64,000 nt of DNA from Mobula hypostoma (taxonomy: Eukaryota): the NCBI RefSeq assembly GCF_963921235.1, contig NC_086097.1:39806001-39870000 (forward strand), in the 5' to 3' direction. Every line of letters begins with the position of its first letter. Position 1 is the stretch's first letter. The notes below the pieces were generated by a model, which worked only from the letters and a program-made list of their open reading frames with translations, made no database searches and had not been told where the DNA came from. Below, piece after piece: positions 37,558 through 49,977 of this stretch. The position numbers were made by a program, and so were the translations under genes.

Positions 37558-39004
37558 AATAACTAAGTGAGAAAAACACAAAAAATATGAAAACTTCAGA
37601 GTACAATTCACTTCTAACCTACACATTCCACCTTTTGCAACATTTACAACAGCAGAGTGGAAGGGCAGCAGCTGAGTTGCTGTATGTAAAAATTCCTTCT
37701 TCAGAATGAAAATTTCCCCCCAATTTTTTGCTACACTGGCAGTTTGTTTGCTCCCATAAGTCTGTCAGTGGTGTGTAAAGGGAAGTTGGGGGAGGTAATT
37801 CAGGAAGGGAAGGCTGTCATCACAGCCCAAGTTGGGTGAGTCCATTCAGTGCTTGGAAAACACTTCATGCTTCTCATCAGTCTAGTATCATCCCCTTGGT
37901 GCAATACAGCGCTGACCAATTATCAGCTTACCGTCCTTCCCTCACCCATGCAATACAGGGGGTGTAGTGGACAATGAGGGCGGCTATCAGAGCGATCTGG
38001 ATTGGTTGAAAAATAGGCTGAAAAATGGCAGATAGAACTTAATGGAGACAGGTGTGAGGTGATGCACTTTAAGAGGACCAACGAGGGTAAGACTTACATA
38101 GTGAAGGTATGACACGAAGGGACCTGGGAATATAGATCCATAATTACTTGAAAGTAGTGTCCAGGTTGGAGTGCTTAGTGGCTGAAAGTCAACTATCATG
38201 GAGGTTGGGTCAACAGGAGCTGAAGAGACCAGCAACCCAGAGGTTGGTGAGTCCCGTGTTGGTGGTCCACACGGGCGACTGTCACTAAGGCTGGTGACCC
38301 TACCTAGCCTAGGCCCCAGGGGTTAGACTTCTATGCATCAGACCCAGGTCAGACCCAGTGGTTGGCAAAGTGCAGAGGACATAGCCAAAGGTCGAAGTCC
38401 AGAGCTCAATGAGCCCAGAGGTAAAAGCTTTAAGGCTGAAGACTAAAGTTAGTGAGTCCAGTGGTAGAGGCCTGAAGGTTGGGTTGGATGTTTTAGAGGT
38501 CAGAGTCCTGATGTCTGCAAGTCTGGGAGACTGGTGGTTGGAGGTCTCATATCTGTGAGTCTCAGAGTCCTGGGCCAAGAATTAGAGGCTGGCCTGTCCT
38601 GGAGATGGAGGCCTGTATGTGTAGGTGAGCTGGGAAAGGGGGTTTGCTTTACTGTTGCATGTTCTGTTTTTGTTGTTATTGTTCTGCTGAACATTGTAGG
38701 TATGCTAGGTTGCCGCTGGGATGTGTAGTGGCACCCGCGGGCTACTCCCAGCACATCCTTGGGAGTAGGCAAAATGACCGATTAGCATGGACTAGGTGGG
38801 CCCAAAGCCCTGTTCCTGACTCTCCGACCTCTAAGGGCTTCTAAGTATGCTTGAACTCTGACTTCTTGGGCATTCTGATTTACTTCCCTTGGAAAGCAAA
38901 ACCATGAGTTAAATACCCGGCCTAGTTTAAGGTAACAGTAGGGAGCCCGGAAGACCCGAAGCGAATTCATCTGGCTTGTTACTTTAACACCTGGAACATC
39001 ACAC

Positions 39005-40270
39005 TCAATTCCAGCCCCGTCTGTAAGGAGTTTATACACTCCCCCCAAAGTCGCATGGATTTCCTCTGGGTGCTCTAGTTTCAAAGTTCAAAGTTCAAAC
39101 AAAATTTATTATTGAAATATATATATATCACCGTATACATTCCTGAGAATAATTTTCTTGCAGGCATACTCAATCCATAATAGAATAATAACCATAACAG
39201 AATCACTGAAAGTCAACACCAACTAGGCATTCAACCAGTATGCAAAAGACAACACACTGTTCAAATACAAAAATAGTAATAATTCTAAATAAATATTGAG
39301 AACATGTGATGACGAGTCCTTGAAAGTGAATCTATAGGCTCTAGGAAATATTTCAATGATGGGGCAAGTGAAGTTGAGTGAAGTTATTTCCTTTGGATCA
39401 AGAGCTGATGGCTGAGAGGTAATGATTATTCCTGAAGCTGGTGGTGTGAGACCTGGGCCTCCTGTACCTTCTTCCTGATGGCAGCAGTTAGAAGAGAGCA
39501 TGTCCTGGTGGTGGGGGTCCCTGATAATGGATGCTGTTTTTCTGTGACAACATTTCATGTAGATGTACACAATGGTTGGGAGGGCTTTGGACTGGGTCAC
39601 ATCCACTACCTTTGTAGGATTTTCCATTCAAGGGCATTGATGTTTCCATACCAGGCTGTGATGCAGCCAGTCGTTTATTCTCTCCAACACACATGTATAG
39701 AAGTTTGTTGTCAAAGTTTTCACTGTCATGCTGAATCTTCGTAAGCTCCTAGGAAGTCGAGGTGCTATCGTGCTTTCTTCATAATTCCATTTACACACCG
39801 GGCGCAGGAGAGGTCCTCTGAAATATTAACACCAAGGAATTTAAAGTTCCTGACCCTCTGATCTTCCAATGAGGATTTGCACATAGACCTCTGGTTTCCT
39901 TCTCCTGCATCAATAATCAGCTCCTTGGTATTGCTGATACTGAGTGAGAGGTTGTTGTTGTGGCACCACTCCGCCAGGTTCTCAGTCTCCCTCTTATATG
40001 CTGATTTATCACCACCTTTGATTCAGCCTATGACAGTGGTGTCATCAGCAAACTTGAGTAAGGCATTGGAGTTGTGCTTAACCACACAGTCATAAGTGTA
40101 AAGCGAATAGAACAGGGGGCCTCCTACAGTTCAAAGATGTACTGGTTGGTAGGTTATTTGTTCATGGTAAATTGTCCTGTGATTGGGCTAGTGTTAAATA
40201 TATGGGTTGTTGGCCGGTGTAATTCATGGGGCCAGAACGGCCTGTAACACCCTGTTCTCTAAATAAATAA
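39005..40270 (+). mobile_element. V-SINE split by Rex1 insertion
   Basis: 5' half ends CTCTAGTTTC (~39081); 3' half resumes CTCCTACAG (~40120); AATAAATAA tail. Confidence 0.75.
39082..40119 (-). mobile_element. Rex1 LINE 3' fragment
   Basis: (TTCAAAG)n tail; FADD at ~40035-40052; decayed RT C-terminus. Confidence 0.82.
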
Positions 40271-42617
40271 TCAATTAATAACTAAATCTCACAACAAATA
40301 ATTAAGGATTAGCAGCTTTCAATACAGTGAAAATAACACTCAGATTTATATATGCAATGAATAAGCTGCTGGCAGGTAGAAACAAAATACTTTGTAATCT
40401 GAGGAGCAGCTGACAAATATAGAGAGAAAGTTGCTGACTGAATAGGTTGCAGCTTTTTTATTTGGATTTCTCTCCTGGATTAGAATTGTTTATATACGGG
40501 CCAAATAATGTTCACCAATGGTAGATCAATATTCCTGCTGAAAATATTCATGATTTGATAATGTTACCAAAAATATGAATAATGAGCAATTTAATCAGGA
40601 ATACATCATCTATTTGTTTTGTTCAGTGTTCTTAATTAATTTCTTTGTATAATTGTCATGATATCAGTCACTTCTGACTCTTGTATTTCCATTAGAATAA
40701 TGCGTCTGCTGCCCTGATTGTTATCTTCTGAACCGTGCCAGTGAAGGAGGTGGCTCAATAAATCGGAATTAAGGTAATTGAATAAGTATTGAAATCAGTG
40801 GGGGTTATAATAAATTTTAAGCCCCTATGTTAAACAGCTGAACTGAAATTAGGGCTCCAAGTATGAAATGTAACAGCACTTGGGAATTTATATTTTTGTC
40901 TATAATTTCCAAGGTTATGTGCTTGGGCAAAACATATATTCTCAAATTAATGTGTTGACTGGTGCTCATGTTGAGCCTTTGGTATAAACAGGGATGTCAT
41001 TACATGGTGCCTTAGTTTTCCTACAGTGTGATAAATAATATGTGTATAAGTAGTCAGCTTGTTCTTGTGTGGCATCTTAATCTGATGTTCCATTCTCCAT
41101 ACTGATTTAACTTGTATAACATTTCTCTCAAAAAATTATCTTAATTATGCTGGAGGTGCAAGGATATGCAAGGGATTTAACTAAAGATAAACAGTTATTT
41201 ATAAAGTTGCATGTGTTAAGGTATTATGATATATTTATGATAATGTGTGCAGAATAAGATGAAGGTTAATGGAAATGAACTTGTCTCATAAAGAAGTAGT
41301 AGTAGTAGTCATAAAGAAGAACTACTTAAAATTAAAATTAGTCTTCCAGCAGAATTATATCTTGACAGAAATATTGCCTCAGTGAAAGGATTCTTCAGAG
41401 CCTGAATTTTGATGTTACCCAGGCTGCATTAAATAGCATAATGTTGAAATGGGATTTTAACCCACTCTGCCTTGAAGTAATTGGTGCAAAGAAACCAACA
41501 CTGTTTTTATAGTCTGCCTGAAATTGCCTGAACTGAAATCCTGTGGACTTTTGGCCTAGTTAAGAGGAGCTATTTGGAACTACTCAAAAAATGTTTAAAA
41601 CAGCTCTGGTTTTTCTGACAGAAGATGTTTTCTAATGCTGAATTAGAGGTTTTCTAAAGTGAAAGATTAAGACATGGAGAGTACAACATCAAAGTGTAGT
41701 AAGAAATATGACGTCTCCCACTGAGCAGAGAGAGGCACGAAAAGAATACAGGAGGAGCAGATAAGACGAGAGAGTGAAGAAAAGAGAGGAAAGAGATATT
41801 GGCACCAGGACTCTGAGAACAGAAGAAAAATGTTGTCTTGTGTAATCTTTTGCATTATCTTATGGTTTGAACTGGGAGGTGAATAACTGATACACTATAC
41901 AAGTCAATAATGAAAATAGTATGTGGGCAATGATGGAAAGACAAAACAAGTTTTACTTTCTGTATATCTGTTTCTTAATGTACATACTATTCTAATTTTA
42001 AAACAAAACCTGCAAGTGTTTACATCCTCTATTCCAAAATTCGCATTTTCCAGTTCACTGTGCTCTCCCTTCCTCTTAAAGCATCACATTCTGCTATGTC
42101 CCAGTCACAGACATTTAGAAAGAGTGTAAAAAATATTAAAAAATAATGAATCAAGTTAAATATTAATACAATACTTTAAAACATACTTAAGTTACTGAAG
42201 ATATTTTAAAATATTAATAGTTATTAAAGTAATGTATAAAAAGCAATCACTTACCTTGAAGGCTGGTGGTCTTACTTAAATGGAAGTGTACCAAGTACAG
42301 CAGCAAAGGCTGGTGTAAAGCTGAGAAACCAAGCACCAAGTGTATCCTGTGCCTCAGCTCAAGACATTTCTAGACTTCCTTGGGGTCCAGAAGTGAAGCA
42401 AGAGATTACATTTTCCTGCATCTGAATATGTTCCATCTTTCTGAATGAAACTACCAGCTAACCATCAGTGCAGTCTGGTCGGTAGAAGACCAAGCCAATA
42501 GAGGTGTTCAATTTGAAGACATTCTTGAACTTATGGCCGTAAAATTGATTGAACCTATTTGCATGATTGTAGACTATTCACACTCACCTCAAGCCTGAAT
42601 AAACAAATGGGTGTTTA

Positions 42618-42805
42618 GGATGGTGGTGAATATTGGTAGCCTGGGTTGAGGCATTTGATGTTGTGGTGTTCCCCGAGCTTGGCAATTAGCTTACAGATGT
42701 TTAATCACTGTTAAGGTGACATCCACCGTGTGCAGTTGTTGGTGATACTGTGCACTGAGGACATCATCTCAACCTGTGATGAAATATCTGCAAGTTAATT
42801 GACAG
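42618..42805. mobile_element. Fold-back mini-element with inverted pair of family-2 hammerhead motifs
   Basis: 42683-42734 and 42751-42801 are imperfect reverse complements; possible degenerate TSD CAAATGGGTGTTTA / CAAAGGGGTATTTA (12/14). Confidence 0.65.
42751..42792 (+). ncRNA. Minimal type-I hammerhead ribozyme motif (second family)
   Basis: TGCA-CTGAGGA-CATCATCTCAACCTGTGAT-GAAA-TATC-TGCA: perfect 4-bp stem I, AUCA/UGAU stem II, CUGANGA and GAAA intact, AUC cleavage triplet. Confidence 0.7.
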
Positions 42806-42939
42806 CAAAGGGGTATTTACTTTTAATGTAGTGCCTGAGAAAACTCCAGAACATCTCTTCAAATTTTCACAGGAATTTGTCTTCTGTTGTAGTTGTTGCA
42901 TTGGTGATGTTTAACATCATGTTTTTAGCAGAAATATAT

Positions 42940-44790
42940 TTCAGAATTATTGAAATGCAAAAAAATTTACTGTTTGCAGCAGAAATAGAGTGCAAATGCA
43001 TAAAATTACAATAAATTACAAATATATAAATAGTGCAAAACAAATAGAACAACGGGGTAGGATTCATGTCTTCATGGATCATTATGAAATCTGATGATGG
43101 AGAGGAAGAAAGTGAAAATGGATTGCTGAATGTAGGTCTTTAGGCTTCCATACCTCCTCGCTGATTGTAGTAATGAACAGACGGCATGATGAAGTTCCTT
43201 AATGATGGATGCCTCCAACTTGAGTCACCACCTCTTGAAGATGTCCTGGATGTTGGGGAGGATGGTGCATGTGATGGATTCTAGAAGCCTCTGCAGCCTC
43301 TAGTGATCCTGTGTATTGGAACCTCTATACATGGCTGTAATGAATCAGTTTGAATGACCTCCGCTGTCCACTGTAGAAACTTGTAAGAATCTTTGACGAT
43401 ATACCACACCTCCTCAAACACCTAACAAAGTAGAGCCACTGGTGAGCCTTCTTCATGATTGCATTAATGTGTTGGGCCCCAACAGATCCTCCGAGAGATT
43501 AACACCCAAAACTTAAAGCTGGTCATCCCGTCCATTGCAGCTCCCTCAATGAGGACTGACACATGTTCTCCTGACTTCCTCTTCCTGAAGTCCACAATCA
43601 ATTCCTTGGTCTTGATGATGTTGAGTGTAAGGTTGTTGTTGCAACACCACTCAGCCAGCTGATCTATTTCACTCGTGCGTGCCTCCTCTTTGCCATCTGA
43701 GATTTTTCCAACAATGGTGTCACCAGTGCATTTGTCGATGGAGATTGAGCTACACAGTCTTGAGTGTAGAGAGAGTAGAGTGGTGGGGTAAACATACATC
43801 CTTGCTGGGCATCTGTGTTGATTGTTAGAGAGGAGATGTTATTACTGATCTATATGGACTGAGGTGTCCAAATGAGGAAGTGAGGACCCAATTGCAGAGG
43901 GAGTTATGGAAGCCCAGGTTTTGAAGCTTGGTGATTAGTACTGAGGGGATGTTGATATTTTATGTTGAGATGTGATTGATTAAAAGCAGCCTGATGTATG
44001 TTTTGCTGTCATCTAGGTGCTCCGAAGCCTGTGAGATTGCATCTGCAGTAGACCTGTTGTAGTAGGAGGCAAAATACAGTGGATCAAGGTCTATGTTCAG
44101 GCAGGAGTTAATTCTGGCCATAACCAACCTCTCAAAGCATTTCATCACAGTAGTTGTGAGTGCAACTGGGTGTTAGTCATTAAGGCATCTCAGCCTGTCA
44201 TCCTTGGGTACTGGTATGATGGCTGGCCTTTTGAAGCAGGTGACAAACCTCTGCCTGCAGCAGTGACAACATTCTTGAATTCTCCAGCCAGTTGGTCAGC
44301 ATCTCTTTTCAGTGCCCGACCAAGTATATCACCAGGGCCTGAAACCTTGCAAGTGTTCAGCTTCTTGAAGAATGTTTTGACATTGGCCACAAGACAGAGA
44401 TCACAGGGTCACCGGGTGCTGTGGGAATTCACACAGGTGTAGTGTTATTCACTCTTTCAAAATGTGCATAAAAGGCAGTAAGCTCATTGGGAAGTGAAGC
44501 ACCACTGCATATTATGCTGTTAGGTTTCACCTTTTAGGCAGTAATGGCATGCAAACCCTGCCATAGCTGTCATGCTTCCAGTTGTGGCTCTAATTTCACC
44601 TTCTCGCTCTCACTACAGTCTTCCATTGGTGATAGCTGGAATTCTTGTAGGATTTTGAAAGCCACATAATAGCTCTCAACAGAATGCAAATCTGTAGGTT
44701 CAACCAGGACTTCAGGTTGGGAAAACTTGTTATCTTCTCCAGGGCATGCACTCGTCCACACAGGTCTAGGTGAAGTCAGTGCTGTCTCCT
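42940..44790 (-). mobile_element. Decayed Rex1 LINE
   Basis: ORFs 43960..44148 ([16 protein letters not shown]), 43464..43799 ([11 protein letters not shown]), 44190..44390. Confidence 0.82.
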
Positions 44791-44950
44791 CTCTCCTGAG
44801 GCAGATGAAGTCAGTGATGTCTCCTCTCTCTCTCTGAGGCAGATGAAGTCAGTGATGTCTCCTCTCTCTCTGAGGCAGATGAAGTCAGCGATGTCTCCTC
44901 TTTCTCTGAGGCAGATGAAGTCAGTGATGTCTCCTCTCTCTCTGAGGCAG
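44771..44950. repeat. Minisatellite, 5 copies of ~36-bp unit TGAAGTCAGTGATGTCTCCTCTCTCTCTGAGGCAGA
   Basis: Units start at 44771, 44806, 44844, 44880, 44916; no spacers. Confidence 0.95.
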
Positions 44951-47114
44951 GTTGGGATAAAGCCCTGTATTGGTGTTGATTGTTAGGTAGCATGGCAACC
45001 TGTGTAAAAACTTAATTGTGCAGATGTATGGACCAGATCCAATTTTGGCCCCTGTTATTTTAGCACCCAGGTCTTGGAAGGTGGGTAAAGATATCGTTCA
45101 TTGTCCATAACTCAGCTGAGTTCAACTTTATAATCCTTGCAAAGCTGAATAGTTTTCCTGCTTCAGGCCATGTGATAATTGAAGTTAGCCATTCAAGTCC
45201 TGCAGTTTAGACGAAAGCACTATATTGTTTGAATTGATGCAACTCTTTATGCTTAGGCTTCACTACATATGGTACTAGTAAAGAACTTGGCCCCTGTCAA
45301 TTTGGTATGAGATGCAACAACATTGTGCATAAGGCACAAGATAGGCCTAATTTTTCAGCTTAGTGCGTTTACATATGAAGATATGAACTACCATTCAGCC
45401 CATCCTCCCTGTTCTGCCCTTTAGTTAGATCAATCCTGATCTGACTTCAACCTCACCTTCACCATCCTGTTTTTCCATGGTAATCTTTGACTCCTTCTCT
45501 TATTAAGAATTTATCAACTTCTGACTTAATGATATTCAGACAGTTTCCAGTGTCCTTTGAGAAAGAGCGTTCCAAAAGCAAGAGAGGGAAAAATAAATCC
45601 CTTATACCTACCTTAAATCAACAATCTTTAATTTTTCAACCGATTCCAGTTTTAGATCCTCTTGCAAAGGGAACAACCTCTTCACCACAGACCTTGCAAA
45701 ACATTTTCTAAATGGGAAGAAAACCCAGAAATCAGAGGAGCAAAGGGACTCAGGAGTCCTCAAGAAGGATTCCAAGAAGATTACCTTACAGTTTGAGACA
45801 GTGGTATAGAAGGCAAATGCAATGTTAGTATTCATTTCGAGTGGACTAGAATATAAAAACAATGATGTACTGCTGAGGCAATGCCCTATACCATTAACAC
45901 TTAACCCGAACCCTAAATCTAAGCCTACAACATTGCAAAGGGATTTGCCTATTTTCCTCAGCTCAGTTGAGAGTTCGTATATAACCCTAAATTCTGTTTG
46001 TTTTTGGTCCTGAATTTGTAGTTTTTTCCTGGATTAAGGTGACTCTGCAATCTGTTCAACATTATCCAATCAAAACCGATTTTGCCCTGCATGGCACCTG
46101 GAAAACTGTCTCACCAGAATGTCTTCAGATTCATTGTGCTCTTTGCTAATAGCATTTTGCTGAACCTTGTAATGTATACACCTTTCTCTGAATATATGAG
46201 CTTTGCCCATATTCAGGTATACAGCAGCCATGTTGATATTAATATCAATATGCTGATCTTCAACTCCACTTCAGTTTTGAAATCACGAGATTTTCTGTTA
46301 TTGCTGCTGGTGGAGCATGTATCTTCTAAGATGTTTCAAGGTGTTTATCAGCTTTAATGTCAAACAAACCTCTCCCTTGTTGTTTGCTGTTGTTAACATT
46401 CCCCTTACTCCAAGATCCTATTTATTGACATTATTATTGGCTTGCCATCCTGTGTCTAATCCTACACACTGAGGTGATATGCATGTCTTTCACAGTTAAA
46501 GCATTTCATTATGCTAAATTGGCACAGGTGATCTCCTTCATGCTTGGGGTAGCTTTTCCTCCCTGATTAGCTTTTTGTTCATGCAAATCAGACTTCGGGT
46601 CAGAATCTCTGCCTTGGTGCAACTGGATGACCATAGGGCACATTTACAATACAAACTTGCACAAATTCTTTGGCATGTTTTGCAGGTGTCTCCACTTACG
46701 TGGCTCTTACACTTTCAATAGTTTGTTCATCTGCTAGACTGCACATGAACTTACGCCACAGTACTCATAGAAAATAGGTGGAATAGTAGGCCATTCGGTC
46801 CTTCGAGCCTGCACCGCCATTCAGTGTGATCATGGGTGATCATCCAACTCAGAACCCTGTACCTGCCTTCTCTCCATACTCCCTGATCCCTTTAGCCACA
46901 AGGGCCATATCTAACTCTCTCTTAAATATCGCCGCTGAACTGGCCTCAACTGTTTCCTGTGGCAGAGAATTCCACAGATTCACCACTCTCTGTGTGAAGA
47001 AGTTTTTCCTCATCTCGGTCCTAAATGGCTTCCCCTTTATCCTCAAACTGTGACCCCTCGTTCTGGACTTCCCCAACATCGGGAACCATCTACCTGCATC
47101 TAGCCTGTCCAATC

Positions 47115-49964
47115 ATAAGACCATAAGACAAAGGAGCAGAAGTCGGCCATTTGGCCCATCGAGTCTGCTCCGCCATTTTATCATGAGTTGATCCATTCTC
47201 CCATTTAGTCCCACTCCCCCGCCTTCTCACCATAACCTTTGATGCCCTGGCTACTCAGATACCTATCAATCTCTGCCTTAAATACACCCAATGACTTGGC
47301 CTCCACTGCTGCCCGTGGCAACAAATTCCATAGATTCACCACCCTCTGACTAAAAAAATTTCTTCGCATTTCTGTTCTGAATGGGCGCCCTTCAATCCTT
47401 AAGTCATGCCCTCTCGTACTAGACTCCCTCATCATGGGAAACAACTTTGCCACATCCACTCTGTTCATGCCTTTCAACATTCGAAATGTTTCTATGAGGT
47501 CTCCCCTCATTCTTCTAAACTCAAAGGAATACAGTCCAAGAGCGGACAAATAATCCTCATATGTTAACCCTCTCATTCCCGGAATCATTCTGGTGAATCT
47601 TCTCTGTACCCCCTCCAACGTCAGCACATCCTTTCTTAAATAAGGAGACCTAAACTGCCCACAGTACTCCAAGTGAGGTCTCACCAGCGCCTTATAGAGC
47701 CTCAACATCACATCCCTGCTCCTATACTCTATTCCTCTAGAAATGAATGCCAACATTGCATTCGCCTTCTTCACCAACGACTCAACCTGGAGGTTGACCT
47801 TAAGGGTATCCTGTACGAGGATTCCCAAGTCCCGTTGCATCTCAGAACTTTGAATTCTTTCCCCATTTAAATAATAGTCTGCCTGTTTATTACTTCTGCC
47901 AAAGTGCATAACCATACACTTTCCAACATTGTACTTCATTTGCCACCTCCTTGCCATTCTTACAATCTATCCAAGTCTCTCTGTAGACTCTCTGTTTCCT
48001 CAGCACTACTGGCCCCTCCACCTATCTTCGTATCATCAGCAGACTTAGCCACAAAGCCATCTATTCCATAATCCAAATCGTTGATGTACAATGTAAAAAC
48101 AAGTGGCCCCAACACAGACCCTTGTGGAACACCACTGGTAATCGGCAGCCAACCAGAATAGGATCCCTTCATTCCCACTCTCTGTTTCCTGCCAATCAGC
48201 CAACGCTCTATCCACGTATGTATCTTTCTTGTAATTCCATGGGCTCTTATCTTGTTAAGTAGCCTCATGCATGGCACCTTGTCAAAGGCCTTCTGAAAAT
48301 CCAAATATACAACATCCACTGCATCTCCCTTGTCTAGCCTACTTGTAATTTCCTCAAAAAATTGTAATAGGTTTGTCAGGCAGGATTTTCCTTTAAGGAA
48401 TCCATGCTGAGTTCTGCCTATCTTGTCATATGCCTCCAGGTACTCTGTAACCTCATCCTTGACAATCGACTCCCAACCACCGATGTCAAGCTAACAGGTC
48501 TATAATTTCTTTTTTGCTTCCCTGCCCCCTTCTTAAATAGCGGAGTGACATTTGCAATCTTCCAGTCCTCCGGAACCATGCCAGAATCTATCGACTTTTG
48601 AAAGATCATCGCTAATGCCTCCGCAATCTCCACAGTTACTTCCTTCAGAACACGAGGGTGCATTCCATCTGGTCCGGGAGATTTATCTACCTTTAGCCTA
48701 TTCAGCTTCCTGAGTACTTTCTCTGTCGTAATTGTGACTGTGCACACTTCTCTTCCCTGCCACCCTTGTGTGTCCGGTATACTGCTGATGTCTTCCCCAG
48801 TGAAGACTGATGCAAAATACTTGTTCAGTTCCTCTGCCATCTCCTTATCTCCCATTACAATTTCTCCAGCATCATTTTCTATTGGTCCTATATCTACTCT
48901 CACCTGTCTTTTACTATTTATATACTTGAAAAAGCTTTTAGTATTGTCTTTGATATTATTTGCTAGCTTCCTTTCATAGTTAATCTTTTCCCTCTTAATG
49001 ACCTTCTTAGATTCCTTTTGTAAGCTTTTAAAAACTACCCAATCCTCTGTTTTCCCACTAATTTTTACTTCCTTGTATGCCCTCTCCTTTGCTTTAACTT
49101 TGGCTTTGATTTCTCTTGTCAACCACGGTTGCATCCTTTTTCCATTCGAAAATTTCTTCTTTTTTGGAATATACCTGTCTTGCACCTTCCTCACTTCTTG
49201 CATAAACTCCAGCTGCTGCTGCTCTGCCGTGTTTCCCTCCAGTGTCCCTTTCCAGTCAACTTGGCCAGTTCCTCTCTCATGCCACTGTAATTTCCTTTAC
49301 TCCACTGAAATACTGACGCATCAGATTTCAGCTTCTCTTTTTCAAAATTCACAGTGAGCTCAATCATGTTATGATCACTGCCTCCTAAGGGTTCCTTCAC
49401 CTCAATCTCTCTAATCACCTCTGGTTCATTACACAATACCCAATCCAGTACAGCCAATCCCCTAGTGTGCTCAACAACAAGCTGTTCTAAAAAGCCATCT
49501 CGCAGACATTCTACAAATTATCTCTCTTGAGATCCAGTGCCGACCTGATTTTCCCAGTCCACTTGCATGTTAAAATCCCCCACAATTATAATAGCACTGC
49601 CCTTCTGACAAGCCTTTTCTATTTCCTGTTGTAATTTGTAGTCTGTAATCACTGCAGCTGTTTGGAGGCCTATAAAATAACTGCCGTCAGGGTCCCTTTA
49701 CCTCTGCGATTTCTTAGCTCAACCCATAAAGATTCTGTACCTTCCGATCCTATATCACCTCTTTCTAATGATTTACTATCATTTCTTACCAATAAAGCCA
49801 CGCCTCCCCCTCTGCCTACCTTCCTATCCTTACGATACACCGTGTATCCTTGGACGTTCAGCTCCCTGAGACAAGCATCCTTTAGCCACGTCTCAGTGAT
49901 GGCCACAATATCATACCTGCCAATCTGTAGCTGTACGACAAGATCATCCACCTTATTCCTTATG
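47115..49964 (-). mobile_element. CR1 LINE element B (5'-truncated in APE), nested in A
   Basis: ORFs 49670..49951, 49191..49457, 48418..49203, 47960..48319, 47205..47957; own (AAGACCAT) tail; AATC at both junctions. Confidence 0.93.
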
Positions 49965-49977
49965 CTTTAGAATTTTA

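Larger units (their letters stand above)
35637..37870 (-). mobile_element. hAT (Charlie/Buster-like) DNA transposon remnant; right end uncertain
   Basis: TIR-like CACCGTTTCTCAAC after ATTTAGAT; ORF 36135..36362 FSIQVDESTD..VAFVRF..FFCYKEL (ZBED5/SCAND3/GTF2IRD2-type transposase); frameshifted upstream part 36497..36772. Confidence 0.82.

Noticed and set aside
38927..38987. 11-bp inverted repeat around a CpG-rich 39-nt loop as a structured RNA
   Set aside because: Could not fit twister, HDV-like or hammerhead consensus; single occurrence, compatible with chance
42248..42257. Minus-strand splice donor AG|GTAAGT
   Set aside because: No convincing upstream acceptor or open frame found
44771..44950. 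36-bp repeats resembling a CRISPR array or repeat protein (EREETSLTSSAS)
   Set aside because: Head-to-tail with no spacers, no cas genes, eukaryotic context; unit lengths 35 and 38 break the frame
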